Virus record (IMG/VR): IMGVR_UViG_2563366803_000007
Span: 1 to 42,967 of that record
Strand: one strand, 5' to 3'
DNA: 42,967 nucleotides
Origin: a virus
Lineage: Duplodnaviria > Heunggongvirae > Uroviricota > Caudoviricetes
Under the pieces are notes generated by a model, which was not told the DNA's origin, made no database searches, and saw only the letters and a list, made by a program, of their open reading frames with translations. Positions 8,452 to 18,658 of the stretch are shown piece after piece. Positions within the stretch are counted from its first letter, which is position 1. The number at the start of each line of letters is the position of its first letter. The position numbers and the translations under genes were made by a program.

Positions 8452-8793
8452 CTACTTAACTCTCTGACAGTCGTACGTCCAGAACTCTCTGGGCTCGTCC
8501 ATGTTCTTGCGGATCACTTCGACGTTGAGGATGGCCTTATTGTTGCGCTTAACGTAGTCGAGACCTAGCCAACGCCCTGTTTTGGCGTCTGGGAGCATCC
8601 ATTGCATCATGACGTTATCGAAGTCGTCTTTTTGCTTGAGGAAGGTCATTTTCTGCGTTTCAGGGGCTTGTCCGTTGATATGCATCAACCCATCGCTTTC
8701 GCCCTTTAAGAAAAAAGGTCCGCATTGAGTGGCAGAAAAAGCTCCGCAGGAATAAAACAACCCAAAGACCAAAAATATTCCTAATTTTTTCAT
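8452..8793 (-). CDS. Small secreted hypothetical protein with N-terminal signal peptide (113 aa)
   Basis: N-terminus MKKLGIFLVFGLFYSCGAFSA is signal-peptide-like; ATG overlaps the stop of the upstream baseplate gene. Confidence 0.5.
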   Translation of the reverse strand: MKKLGIFLVFGLFYSCGAFSATQCGPFFLKGESDGLMHINGQAPETQKMTFLKQKDDFDNVMMQWMLPDAKTGRWLGLDYVKRNNKAILNVEVIRKNMDEPREFWTYDCQRVK

Positions 8794-9815
8794 CAGCCAA
8801 CCTTGTTTAAAGTGCTCAGGCTTTGCAGTTCTCTAGCCCCTTTCGCCAGACACAGCAGGTCCATATACCACGCCTGCCCGCGAGTATCGCCAGTATAGTC
8901 AATGCTGCCGACAATGTAATCACCGTCGGTATTGATTGCCGCCAGCTGCGACCCGGGAAGCCCATCGACATAGATGTTACCGTCTGTGGTACTTTCGCCT
9001 AAGATACCTGGTGACTGGCCAACCTGGTCATTACCGAGAGCCTGACGATATACAGAGGCCTGATCCAGCCTGATAAGCCCACCAAGCTTAATATTCGGGT
9101 TTATCAGACAGCGCACATTTACCCCGGCGCCCATCGTCTGCTGAGGCATACCGATCAGGCCCGTATTGGCGTTCAGTACAATCGCTTCCTGTATGTACTT
9201 ATCATCAGGAACAATATGCACCTGGTTGTTTTCGTACCACCAGTTAGCCTTACATTGCCCTGCAAGGCTGTACATCAGGCGTCCAGTGTTCTGATAAATA
9301 GTGCGGCCGCGGGGGAATACAGTTGGACCAAAATCCGGCCTGCTTCCCTCTGTAATGCCATAAGGGCTAAGGGACTGCATACCCAAATCAAACAGGTCAG
9401 CATGCTTCCAGCCTGCCGATACTGTCGTTTTCACGCTGGCGTTGAGATGCCCCTCCCAGCCATCAATACACTGGATGAGCACCCAACTATCGGTGACGTT
9501 ATCTTTTCCGGTAACGGTAAAGCGAATATCACCGTTAAAGATGATCCCCACATTTTTATCAGGATAGTTACCACTGCTGTCTGCTGTGCCGTTATACCCG
9601 GCAATAGCCCTTACACGAGTAAACTCTTTACCCATGATCCGGTTTTGTGTCTCCGGCGACAGATTGTAGATTTTGAAGTTACCCACGAATCCGTTAAAGA
9701 TAGTCGCGGGCATCTTCTGGATATTAAACGTCACCTTAAAATCCGACAGCGAAACCCCATCACCCTTGTCGTCAATAAGCTGCAGCTCAAAGTGCCGCAT
9801 CCAGTTCTGAGACAT
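8793..9815 (-). CDS. Baseplate hub/tail protein (340 aa from ATG at 9813..9815)
   Basis: GGAG RBS before ATG; track ORF begins at an upstream GTG; position between tape measure and baseplate genes. Confidence 0.5.
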   Translation of the reverse strand: MSQNWMRHFELQLIDDKGDGVSLSDFKVTFNIQKMPATIFNGFVGNFKIYNLSPETQNRIMGKEFTRVRAIAGYNGTADSSGNYPDKNVGIIFNGDIRFTVTGKDNVTDSWVLIQCIDGWEGHLNASVKTTVSAGWKHADLFDLGMQSLSPYGITEGSRPDFGPTVFPRGRTIYQNTGRLMYSLAGQCKANWWYENNQVHIVPDDKYIQEAIVLNANTGLIGMPQQTMGAGVNVRCLINPNIKLGGLIRLDQASVYRQALGNDQVGQSPGILGESTTDGNIYVDGLPGSQLAAINTDGDYIVGSIDYTGDTRGQAWYMDLLCLAKGARELQSLSTLNKVG

Positions 9816-9817
9816 AA

Positions 9818-10120
9818 TCACTCCGTTACTGCGTAGAGATGGCTTTTAATGCCGAGGTCGGTTTGGGTTGGATTATCATTTGCCGGGTCGTCGCAATTGA
9901 CATAGAGCGAAAAGCCAAGCCCGAGATAGCGATACTGCGCCAGCAGGTTGGCGCCGGTGATAAGCGGGATCCCCTTTATCAGGTCGGCCCCGGTACTGTC
10001 CATAATATCCAGACACCAGAAAGCAGCACGCCAGGTGACAGCCATTTGCAGGCTTTGACCTGCAACAGATATGGAGAATCGCTGGTTTTCTGGTGATAGA
10101 GGGATTTCTGAAACAGCCAT
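9818..10120 (-). CDS. Tail protein (100 aa)
   Basis: Tightly packed in the tail operon downstream of the tape measure gene. Confidence 0.45.
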   Translation of the reverse strand: MAVSEIPLSPENQRFSISVAGQSLQMAVTWRAAFWCLDIMDSTGADLIKGIPLITGANLLAQYRYLGLGFSLYVNCDDPANDNPTQTDLGIKSHLYAVTE

Positions 10121-10720
10121 TTAACCTCCCGAGATGAAACCGACAAACCGGCTTATTAGCGACTCATCTTTCGGAGTCGGTGTCTTTACTCCTGAATTTT
10201 GCACCGCTGACGTGTTCACTCCCTCTTTCATGTTTTCCTTCGCTGCCACGCTGACTGTCTGCGTCTGGCTGGTGATTATTTCCCTGAGCGTAACTGTCGC
10301 CATCAGTACGTTTTCGCTGGTACGTTCGGTCGTCACATCCAGAGAGCGGATCACCATATTGGTATAAAGACGTTTCCCGGTAGTCACATCAAGCAACTGC
10401 CTTTCCTGCTGCATTTTGAGCAGCTCAGCATAGACTTCCTTAGGCCCCATGTTGTTAAGGGGCGTAGACAGCCCGATGCCTGCTGTATCATAAAAATCCA
10501 GCAAGGAACCACCACCAGCAAAGCCTATCTCCATAACGACTTCTGACGGGCGCCGATATGCATGGTCTGCAATGAACCCTGTTCCTGCGCTTGTAGGCCT
10601 TTCAACTGGATGCTCTGTCACCTCCAGAGCATCGCTATGACGCTCTGAAACCACCACATCGGGTATCATCAGACCAATACGGCGGCTCCGCTGCTGGAAA
10701 AGGGTTGAAAGAATATCCAT
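10121..10720 (-). CDS. Tail protein (199 aa)
   Basis: Start overlaps the tape measure stop; tail operon context. Confidence 0.45.
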   Translation of the reverse strand: MDILSTLFQQRSRRIGLMIPDVVVSERHSDALEVTEHPVERPTSAGTGFIADHAYRRPSEVVMEIGFAGGGSLLDFYDTAGIGLSTPLNNMGPKEVYAELLKMQQERQLLDVTTGKRLYTNMVIRSLDVTTERTSENVLMATVTLREIITSQTQTVSVAAKENMKEGVNTSAVQNSGVKTPTPKDESLISRFVGFISGG

Positions 10721-12720
10721 CAGCTCGGCCCCCTGGTTAGTTGCTGGGTAGCGCGTGCATTAACGTTGCCCTGGCTTTCAGAGACGATTTTCCCCGCCTC
10801 TCTCGGATCGCTGACACCAGAAATGTTGATAACGGTATTCTGGTTCAATGTCGCGCCAGCCCCCGGCATATTGCTCAACACCTTCGGGATATATTGCCTG
10901 GTTTCCTGCGGCATCAGCGCCATGCCGTATTTCTGCACGTTACCGATCCCCCAGTTATACGAGGCCAGAGCTTTACCCAGATCTCCGCCGTTCTTCTGCA
11001 GGAGCATCGATAGATATCGCGCCGCCGCTTCCGCTGACTTGATCGGGTCGAAGACATCATTCCCGCGTAGCCCCATATCCCGAGCGGTGCCAGGCATAAA
11101 CTGGAACATTCCCTGTGCGCCGGCACCGGATACAGCGAACTGATTCCCCCCTGATTCAGTGATAGCGACACTTCGCAGAAGACCAGAAGGAAGGTTATAC
11201 ATAGCCTCCAGCTTACCCATCATCGGGGCCATCCATCCAAGCAACTGAGCGCCAGCTTTTGAAGGTGACGGTCGTTTCACTGATTGTCCGTACTGCGTGG
11301 CATCACCATTCCACCAGTCAACAGCCTTATCCCATAACCCCTGCCCGACAGAGGCGGCACCCTGAATAATCGGGCTATCACTCCACGCTGCGGCTGCGCC
11401 TTTAAGCGAATCCCATGCGCCGGAGAAATCGCCACTAATAACCTTACGCAGAGCGTCCACCAGCGAACCAAGGATTTTGATTGAACTGCGGACGCTTTCG
11501 ATAATCTGGTCAAACAGCCATTTGCCATTAAATTTCGACGTATCGATATTAATGAATTCAAGGAATCGCTTACCCAGATCGACGATGGCAGAGCCAAGGT
11601 CTTTAACCTTCAGATAGATGCCACCAAAGTCCTTACTCAGGCTGGCAAAAGCCTTTTGGGCATATTTGATACCCGGCTCCCATTTCCCCCAGTCTATGAG
11701 CGACTGGCCGCCTTCTTTCCACGTACGATAATCGTCGTAGAGACCTATCAGCGCGGCTCCCAGCATAAAGACACGGCCAATGGGCGACATCGCAAAGGCG
11801 GTATTCAGAAGGCGCCAGGCAACCATCAATGCGCCAAATACCTCAATAACTTGTCTGGTTTCGGTACCGAGTGATTTCCACCAGTTGATAATGTCCCCGG
11901 TGAGCTGTATCAACCGATAAACCACCCGGCCAATGATTTCACCAAACCACAGGACACCTTTGACACCAGCAGTGATAGCCCCTTCAATTTTCGGGAAATT
12001 CTCCATGACCTGACGGCGCAGGCGGTCCAGCGAGCCCGTCAGACCATCGGCCAGACTGGAACCGATTTTGTCCCGCGCCATACCGGCCATTTCGCCGAGG
12101 GAACGGAGTGAGGTCATAAACCTGTTAGACGCAGCAGCAGCCTGTTCAGGATTGAACCCGATGGCCTTTTTCATCGCGTTGTACTGGCCCATGTACTCAC
12201 CAATACCACGGCGCATTGCCATCAGGGTGTTTTCATCCAGACCCAGCATCTGAGCGTACTGGTTAGCTCGGTAATACGGCATGCTGCTAAGACGCTGGCC
12301 GACGCCGGTAAAGATCGTCGCCATATCCCGCATGTTACCGCTGGCATCACGCGTTTGAACCCCCAGCCGGTTCAGAAAACCCTCAGCGCCGGGATTGTTA
12401 CGCATGAACCTGGCAAGATTTTCGAGAGAGCCGCGGGCCCCGTCGACACTGCCGCCAACCTGACTAACCGCATACCCAATCTGCTTAATGCCCTCCACCG
12501 TCGCGCCTGTGCGCTGAGAGGCCCAGTACAGGTCGTCGAGACCGCTGGCAATTTTCGCGGTGAATGCAACGACGGAAAGTGCCGCCGCCTCAACTTTGAC
12601 GCCCAGTTCAATCGCTTTAAGCGTTGTCCCGGCAACGACGGCATCGAATTTTCTGGCGCCAGCCTCATCAACTTTGAACCCAAGCGAGATCAGAAAGTCC
12701 TTGAGCGTTTCAGCGTTCAT
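10720..12720 (-). CDS. Tail tape measure protein with lytic transglycosylase (SLT) domain (666 aa)
   Basis: Predicted membrane/coiled-coil N-terminal part; C-terminal SLT-like block VAITESGGNQFAVSGAGAQGMFQFMPGTARDMGL. Confidence 0.8.
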   Translation of the reverse strand: MNAETLKDFLISLGFKVDEAGARKFDAVVAGTTLKAIELGVKVEAAALSVVAFTAKIASGLDDLYWASQRTGATVEGIKQIGYAVSQVGGSVDGARGSLENLARFMRNNPGAEGFLNRLGVQTRDASGNMRDMATIFTGVGQRLSSMPYYRANQYAQMLGLDENTLMAMRRGIGEYMGQYNAMKKAIGFNPEQAAAASNRFMTSLRSLGEMAGMARDKIGSSLADGLTGSLDRLRRQVMENFPKIEGAITAGVKGVLWFGEIIGRVVYRLIQLTGDIINWWKSLGTETRQVIEVFGALMVAWRLLNTAFAMSPIGRVFMLGAALIGLYDDYRTWKEGGQSLIDWGKWEPGIKYAQKAFASLSKDFGGIYLKVKDLGSAIVDLGKRFLEFINIDTSKFNGKWLFDQIIESVRSSIKILGSLVDALRKVISGDFSGAWDSLKGAAAAWSDSPIIQGAASVGQGLWDKAVDWWNGDATQYGQSVKRPSPSKAGAQLLGWMAPMMGKLEAMYNLPSGLLRSVAITESGGNQFAVSGAGAQGMFQFMPGTARDMGLRGNDVFDPIKSAEAAARYLSMLLQKNGGDLGKALASYNWGIGNVQKYGMALMPQETRQYIPKVLSNMPGAGATLNQNTVINISGVSDPREAGKIVSESQGNVNARATQQLTRGPS

Positions 12721-12903
12721 TAGCCTCTCTCCATTTCGCTATACGGTTTTCGTTATCGGCTTTCAGGTCCAGCCAGTCATTCATACGGGCAATATCAGCC
12801 AGGTCTACTGATCCATCTTTCAGGGCGGTGTAAGGGATAAGCCCGGCATCCACCGGGCGCATCAGGAAATCCTCGCCTTCTGGCATGGATTCCAGGACAG
12901 GAC

Positions 12904-13323
12904 CTATGGCTGGGTAGGCGTCCCGCTGGCGGGGAGTTCTTTCAAAAAATTTCCCAGACTATCGGCGACCACCCGCGCCACCAGCTGCAGCATGGTAAAC
13001 AGGTCCGTATCGTCGAACATCAGTACGCCCTGATCGAACACCTTCGTCCAGCCCTTTTCGTGCTGGCGGGAAACGACGCTCAGGCACGGATAAATCACCG
13101 CGTTAACGTCCTCATCCGGCAGCGCGGCCAGCGTATCGGCAATTTTCGGCAGTACGCTTTCCAGCACTGCACCAGAGTTACCCGCAGCGGCCTGCGCTTT
13201 CAGCGTGGAAAATTCACTAACGAGCCCGGCCAGCACCGGCAGCAGCTTACGGCTGACCTTCAGTTGCTGGAATACGTCAAGTTTGGCGGTTCGGTAATTA
13301 ACCCCTTTGATTTCAAATTCCAT
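12904..13323 (-). CDS. Tail assembly chaperone (G-like, 139 aa); frameshift extends product to 12710
   Basis: Position immediately upstream of tape measure gene; -1 frame stays open for 64 codons beyond the slippery site. Confidence 0.6.
   Translation of the reverse strand: MEFEIKGVNYRTAKLDVFQQLKVSRKLLPVLAGLVSEFSTLKAQAAAGNSGAVLESVLPKIADTLAALPDEDVNAVIYPCLSVVSRQHEKGWTKVFDQGVLMFDDTDLFTMLQLVARVVADSLGNFLKELPASGTPTQP
12943..12951 (-). other. Putative programmed -1 frameshift site (AAT TTT TTG) giving a G-T fusion chaperone ending at 12710
   Basis: Slippery T-run 13 codons before the zero-frame stop; -1 frame open to TGA at 12710..12712, 4 nt past the tape measure ATG. Confidence 0.55.
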
Positions 13324-13326
13324 CCG

Positions 13327-13770
13327 TTAAAACTCCCCAAGCAGCTGATCAATCTTGCCGCAGTCAAAGACCCAGGAAACCGTATTGCCGACTTTGGCGT
13401 TAGCGTGATCGGGTTGCTTCTGGAAAGCACAAGAACGCGCTGTAGTGGTATCACCTGATACTTTGTTGCGAATGACGATGACGTTATTGCCCCACGTCGC
13501 CGAGGACAGGCTCTGTGCGTTGTACATCAGCGAGAGCTTTTTGTTTACCGGGGAGGTTTTCAGCAAAGTTACCGTGATAGTGCCGCTCTTACCGGCGTGC
13601 AGGCTGTGCATCACCTCACCATCGGCGCCGACGGTCATGGTGTTTTTTGCCTCGGTCATCGCAACCGTAATACCTTCTTCGGAGTTCGCCGAGCCGTAGC
13701 CCAGATCGATGCTACCGGTTGGGCCCGTCAGGGATGCCGAGACGTCAATAAAACTATAGGTTCCGCTCAT
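13327..13770 (-). CDS. Tail tube-like protein (147 aa)
   Basis: Size and position between sheath-like gene and chaperone. Confidence 0.5.
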   Translation of the reverse strand: MSGTYSFIDVSASLTGPTGSIDLGYGSANSEEGITVAMTEAKNTMTVGADGEVMHSLHAGKSGTITVTLLKTSPVNKKLSLMYNAQSLSSATWGNNVIVIRNKVSGDTTTARSCAFQKQPDHANAKVGNTVSWVFDCGKIDQLLGEF

Positions 13771-13779
13771 GGTCGCTCC

Positions 13780-14925
13780 TTATCGCACCACATTGATCTG
13801 CACGTCAGCATAGTGAATGGCACCCGCCAGTTTGATCGCCGCCTGAATCACCGGCGACTTACGCGCTTCCCTGTCGGACTGCGCCTGGTTTTCTACTGAA
13901 TCGGCGTGGACGTAGTAACCCTTGGTCAGTGTGTCACCTGATTCAATCTGGCCGATCGGGCCGCCATTCCATACACCCGGAGCCACCAGGCCGTTATTAA
14001 CCGCCTGGTCGAGTGACGCTTCGACGTTGGTCATTAACCGGGTAACGCCCGCGTCGGTTTGCGGAATTTTGGTAGTCGAGGTGTACAGCAGGTTGTAAAG
14101 GTTGGTCTGCACGTAGTTCTGCAACCAGTCCAGGCCGTGGCGTTCATCAAAGAAATCGCCGTTAGCCATCACTCCCTGCTGGAGGATAGCCGTATCATTC
14201 TGGTAGTGCACGAATACATTGCAGTTTTTTGCATCAAGTGCCGATGCCTGGCTGACTGTCAGTGTTTCATACCCGACGCCCGGCTCCTGCTTAAACTTGA
14301 GCGTAATCGCGGTATTACTGCCATTGAAATTAACCGTGAATGCCCGGCCAAATGCAGATAACGCAGCGTATTTATTACCCGATGAATACTGAATAAAACT
14401 GCGTGAATATCCGGCGGTTTTCAGTTTTGATGCCAAATCATCGCTGGATGCAGTCTGCAGGCATTTCTCATCGCTTGTCGTAATCGCCAGAATACGGCTT
14501 ACAGAAGAGGATTCGATCGCCGCAGCCACTTTCAGCCAGTCTGCATCCGGAATATCTGCATCGTCTGCAATCCCCAGCCCATACCATGAAGTATAATCGA
14601 GCATGGCATTCACAGCCTGCTCCAGCGTCTCAGGCGTGGCCTGTTCGCTGTCTCCCTTCGTTTTCACCCAACGACCAACAAAAACCTCCTGAGGTTTCGG
14701 TGATTGAGAGAAAAACACCTGCGCAGCCTTATATTCTGGTGATTCCACGCCAAAATCTTTTCCAATATCTTCCGCGGCAGAATAACGGCGAATGCGCTCA
14801 CTTACCGGAATGATTGTGGACGGGCCGAGAATGAGTAATGCACCAAAATTTCGCCCTGATGCTGCACGCGGCGACATGATCACATCAACATTAACAACGT
14901 TTGATACAGGCAAGCCCTGTGCCAT
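13780..14925 (-). CDS. Tail sheath-like protein (381 aa)
   Basis: Size and position upstream of tube, chaperone and tape measure genes. Confidence 0.5.
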   Translation of the reverse strand: MAQGLPVSNVVNVDVIMSPRAASGRNFGALLILGPSTIIPVSERIRRYSAAEDIGKDFGVESPEYKAAQVFFSQSPKPQEVFVGRWVKTKGDSEQATPETLEQAVNAMLDYTSWYGLGIADDADIPDADWLKVAAAIESSSVSRILAITTSDEKCLQTASSDDLASKLKTAGYSRSFIQYSSGNKYAALSAFGRAFTVNFNGSNTAITLKFKQEPGVGYETLTVSQASALDAKNCNVFVHYQNDTAILQQGVMANGDFFDERHGLDWLQNYVQTNLYNLLYTSTTKIPQTDAGVTRLMTNVEASLDQAVNNGLVAPGVWNGGPIGQIESGDTLTKGYYVHADSVENQAQSDREARKSPVIQAAIKLAGAIHYADVQINVVR

Positions 14926-14928
14926 AGC

Positions 14929-15495
14929 TTAATCTCCGAAAAAGATGACTGGTGCTTCCACCAGCGATTTAATACCGTACTCGCGCACAACCTTCCGGCG
15001 CAGACGCACCGTCATATCGTAGCGGCGGACCCATTGCTGATTAATAAGTTCAGGGAAGGGAGTCAGACCTGTGTAATCGCCAAGAGACAGCCCAAGCGCA
15101 TTCAGTGCTGCATTGTTCTGCGGCACAGATATACCGTCACGAAACCGGGACGCATACACCATCCCCGCCGGTCCATAAAACGAAGCCATACACTCAATCG
15201 TTTCATGCCGCCAGAGCTGAGAGCCATCATCGGTCTGTCTGGTGAATGCCGGGCTGTCATCACCTGACCATCCGATAACCCCAAACGCACACCAGTTCGT
15301 TTCAGCCGGTAGCAGTGGCGGCTGCTCTTTCTGCCAGCGCGGACGAACCATCCCGGCAGACAGACCGGAAACGTTACGCATCCACTGGCTTAACAGCCTG
15401 TCGAGCGCTTCGTCATAATCCGGATCGCCACTGATTGGTATTAACCATCCGCGCTCTGTACTGGTGTTATTGCTCAACCGGAGTTCCCCCATCAA
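14929..15495 (-). CDS. Neck/tail completion protein (188 aa)
   Basis: Late operon context between head and tail genes. Confidence 0.4.
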   Translation of the reverse strand: MMGELRLSNNTSTERGWLIPISGDPDYDEALDRLLSQWMRNVSGLSAGMVRPRWQKEQPPLLPAETNWCAFGVIGWSGDDSPAFTRQTDDGSQLWRHETIECMASFYGPAGMVYASRFRDGISVPQNNAALNALGLSLGDYTGLTPFPELINQQWVRRYDMTVRLRRKVVREYGIKSLVEAPVIFFGD

Positions 15496-15856
15496 ACGGC
15501 ATCAACTCACAATGCGCCTGAACGAATCCGGCCCCATAAGCTGTATACGGGTCGACGAAGGTCACACGATAATCACGGCCCTGATACGTCACGATATCGG
15601 CATCACGACCAGTCTGTCCCTGCGTCAGTCGCTCAGTCGTCACAATCAGAATTGCACCGCTGATCACCTGCCCTGCCTGCATACGGCGGTTTTCCAGAGA
15701 GCGATCAACAGTTACGACTCCGGCAAACTGCTTTTTAACTTCTCTGTCGCTGCCGATCCCATCCTCATCCACCGTTTGCACACGGCGTGTTACCCACAAA
15801 TTGAAGTCGCAAAAATCGGGGTCAAAAAGCACATCTGTTACATCAAGAGTCGGCAT
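15467..15856 (-). CDS. Head-tail joining protein (129 aa)
   Basis: Late operon context. Confidence 0.4.
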   Translation of the reverse strand: MPTLDVTDVLFDPDFCDFNLWVTRRVQTVDEDGIGSDREVKKQFAGVVTVDRSLENRRMQAGQVISGAILIVTTERLTQGQTGRDADIVTYQGRDYRVTFVDPYTAYGAGFVQAHCELMPFDGGTPVEQ

Positions 15857-16397
15857 CTTTATCTCTCACAATATGGGTAATAGCTCTGCGATATTGCCCG
15901 GTGTCGATTAGCGGTTTCACCAGATCGGTTCCAGGAGACTCACCAGCAGCGCGCCGCGCAAGTTCCTCTTTTGCCCCTTTGCGCCCACGGCGTGCGCGTG
16001 CTTCAACGGTGCTATCAGCAAGCGGTGTAAAGCCGGTAATGGTCATGTAACGCCTGACGCCATTCGCGGCCAGCGTTCCGGCGCGGTTAAGCGCTCTTTC
16101 CGCACCCGCCGCATTTCCATCAAGCGCAGCCTGCGCCGCTGCTTTGAGCTGCGGCACCGTCTGTTCCTCTACCGATTTAACGCCTGGGATCAGGTGCGGG
16201 CGTGGGGGGATGTTTTGCGCTGGTGAGCCGTATTCGTTGACGTAACCGATCCCGGCATTACCAAACGGAACATCCTCACGCTCGCTGTCTTCTTCCGGGA
16301 TGCCCACCAGCACTTCTTTTTTACCGATGGATTTGAGCGCATCCAGAATGGCCTGAGCGTTATCCACCCTCGTTGTCACACCGCTTTTGAAACTCAT
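15843..16397 (-). CDS. Head-tail connector/neck protein (184 aa)
   Basis: Late operon context. Confidence 0.4.
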   Translation of the reverse strand: MSFKSGVTTRVDNAQAILDALKSIGKKEVLVGIPEEDSEREDVPFGNAGIGYVNEYGSPAQNIPPRPHLIPGVKSVEEQTVPQLKAAAQAALDGNAAGAERALNRAGTLAANGVRRYMTITGFTPLADSTVEARARRGRKGAKEELARRAAGESPGTDLVKPLIDTGQYRRAITHIVRDKDADS

Positions 16398-16837
16398 AGC
16401 TGGCGACCACCTGCACCGAACATCGTGATCAGCTGATAAAATTCAGCGCCATATCGGGTGTTATTCCAGAAGCCTGCGTCAGGGTTTAGCGTCGCGCTGG
16501 TGTCATAGCTGATGCTTACCTTGTCAACGGACTTAGAGGACTGAACACCATTGGTTGAACCGCCCGGGCCGCCAACCAGCATCGCCCGGCTATCTGCCGC
16601 CCAAAGCGTCATGTAGTGCGCAACGAACAACTCGGCAAAATACGGAAACAACTTTTTGCCGGTGACCTTTTCGCTTAGCAGCACATCGGCCAGATTCAGA
16701 CGAAACTCGATTTGCGCTTCGGGATATTTGGCAGGGTCAGCAAACTGCGGGAAGTCGCGGCGAAAATCACTTACTGTTGGCAGGCTTTGATTCTTTGGCA
16801 TCTTTCGCCCCATTACCGCCAGTCTGGGCGGCAGCAA
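16394..16837 (-). CDS. Head completion protein (147 aa; start uncertain)
   Basis: Late operon context; overlaps upstream ORF, several candidate starts. Confidence 0.4.
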   Translation of the reverse strand: MLPPRLAVMGRKMPKNQSLPTVSDFRRDFPQFADPAKYPEAQIEFRLNLADVLLSEKVTGKKLFPYFAELFVAHYMTLWAADSRAMLVGGPGGSTNGVQSSKSVDKVSISYDTSATLNPDAGFWNNTRYGAEFYQLITMFGAGGRQL

Positions 16838-17156
16838 TCTGCGCTTGCAGGCTGTCGTTCTGCTCTTGCAGCTTGAGCAGCGCTTCTTTCAGATCGGCAA
16901 TCAACTGATCTTTATCGACAATCTGCTTATCTTTGTCGGCAATCTGCGCTTGCAGGCTGTCGATAATGGGTTGCAGATCATCGGTGTCGCTAATCACGCT
17001 TTCGGAAAGCTCAGAGTGCGCCTGGGTGAACCAGTGAGACGCGACCTCTTCCGGTACGTTATGCCGCCCCCGGCCAAACTCCTGTTTTGACTGATCGCCG
17101 AGCGTCAGCGTAAACGGAGTGTGAACATGGATGGTAACCAGCTTTTCTTTCGCCAT
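16767..17156 (-). CDS. Hypothetical head-associated protein with C-terminal coiled coil (129 aa)
   Basis: Immediately downstream of capsid gene. Confidence 0.4.
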   Translation of the reverse strand: MAKEKLVTIHVHTPFTLTLGDQSKQEFGRGRHNVPEEVASHWFTQAHSELSESVISDTDDLQPIIDSLQAQIADKDKQIVDKDQLIADLKEALLKLQEQNDSLQAQIAAAQTGGNGAKDAKESKPANSK

Positions 17157-17197
17157 TTTCAGTTTCCTTCTGGCCCCTTTCGGGGCCGTTCTGGTTA

Positions 17198-18139
17198 TCA
17201 GATACCGTCCACGTAGGACAGGGTTTCTTTGTACACTGGCTCAACCGCACCGAGCTTGCCGTAGTAGGTCGCAATCTGGTACAGACCGCGATACTGGATA
17301 GGAACGCTCTGCAACGGCACCAGCGGATAGCGCACGTATTTCTTGTCGTTGGTGTAGGCGATCATACGGTCTTTACCGCCAACCCCACGCCCTTTCAGCC
17401 ATTTGACCGCTTTGATTTCAAGCGGAACGCCGTTCTGGTGGAAAGCGATAGTGTTCACAGCCAGATAGGTCAGCAGTGACTGGTTACCCGCTTCGGAAAC
17501 CTTACGGCTCGCCAGCAGTGAATACTGCTCTGGCGGAATGCGCAGATCAGAAGGCACGATGGAATAACCGGATGCTGCCCAGGAATTCGACAGAATGCTG
17601 TTCACGCTATCGAGAATCTCGTCGTTGGTGGAGTTCGCCCAGGTCTTCGGCGCATTGTTCAGCGTCACACCGACAAGGTTTGCCAGCCCTTTCAGGCCGA
17701 GCGCATCATCGCCAATGTAAACCTGCTCGTCGTTGTCCATCTGCCATTTGAGCTGCATCCCGTCGTACTTCTGGGTATCAATCGGGCGACCTACCTGCTG
17801 AGCTGCTGCCAGCTCTACAACGGTCCAGCCCAGTTCCATGCCCCAGAGATTCAGCGGGTTACCGGATTTGCCGATATCCACGTTTACGCCAGCAATAGCG
17901 GTTGAGTCTTTGCCTACCCAGTTTTTGCCATTCGGATTTGCACCAGTACCCGCAGCGGCGAAGCTGGTATTCGTCCAGCTGGAAATGTCATCTGCGATAG
18001 AGACATCTTCACGCAACTGAATATCGCGGGTCCAGGTGTACCCCACCAGTGGAAGGTTCAGCGTCTGGTCGAGTCGCTCCAGCTCCCCGATGAGAAAGGC
18101 ACCAGATCTATCAACGGTTGCCTGATCAAAAGTAATCAT
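17198..18139 (-). CDS. Major capsid protein (313 aa)
   Basis: Size and position after scaffold and decoration-like genes. Confidence 0.6.
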   Translation of the reverse strand: MITFDQATVDRSGAFLIGELERLDQTLNLPLVGYTWTRDIQLREDVSIADDISSWTNTSFAAAGTGANPNGKNWVGKDSTAIAGVNVDIGKSGNPLNLWGMELGWTVVELAAAQQVGRPIDTQKYDGMQLKWQMDNDEQVYIGDDALGLKGLANLVGVTLNNAPKTWANSTNDEILDSVNSILSNSWAASGYSIVPSDLRIPPEQYSLLASRKVSEAGNQSLLTYLAVNTIAFHQNGVPLEIKAVKWLKGRGVGGKDRMIAYTNDKKYVRYPLVPLQSVPIQYRGLYQIATYYGKLGAVEPVYKETLSYVDGI

Positions 18140-18150
18140 TCGTCTGTTCC

Positions 18151-18654
18151 TTAAATCTTCCAGGAGATTTCTGCATTGCCGTTAGCGTCACCGGCCCCTG
18201 TGAATTCGGCGTTGGTCAGCGCCACGTTTTTGCCACTGACGGACGTGGACATGAAACCGCCCAGCGGCACTTTGATGGATTCATCAGTGGAGACGACAAC
18301 GTATACCGGGGCGCCTTTTTTGATGGTGCTGGCATCAAAATCAGAACCGAGATTAACGGTCATGTAGCCACGCTTCATGGCGTCACCCGGGAAGTTCTTA
18401 TCCGTCCCCACCTGGCGAACCATGTCTGGCTGCGATGTGGTCGGATACGGACGAACGTAGATCCCCTTCACCTTGTCGACGGTGTCACCGTCCGCCAGCG
18501 GCACGAAAAAGCCGTCAGCGTCATATTTGCCAGCCAGACCATAGGCAGCGAAGGCGTTAGCGGATTTAAGGATCACCGGTTCGACGGTTAAGTCCTGCGG
18601 GCGAGAGATAGCCCCGGCAATGCCAACAGGCATCCGGTACAGATATGCAGTCAT
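18151..18654 (-). CDS. Head decoration/structural protein (167 aa)
   Basis: Between scaffold and capsid genes. Confidence 0.4.
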   Translation of the reverse strand: MTAYLYRMPVGIAGAISRPQDLTVEPVILKSANAFAAYGLAGKYDADGFFVPLADGDTVDKVKGIYVRPYPTTSQPDMVRQVGTDKNFPGDAMKRGYMTVNLGSDFDASTIKKGAPVYVVVSTDESIKVPLGGFMSTSVSGKNVALTNAEFTGAGDANGNAEISWKI

Positions 18655-18658
18655 TGGA

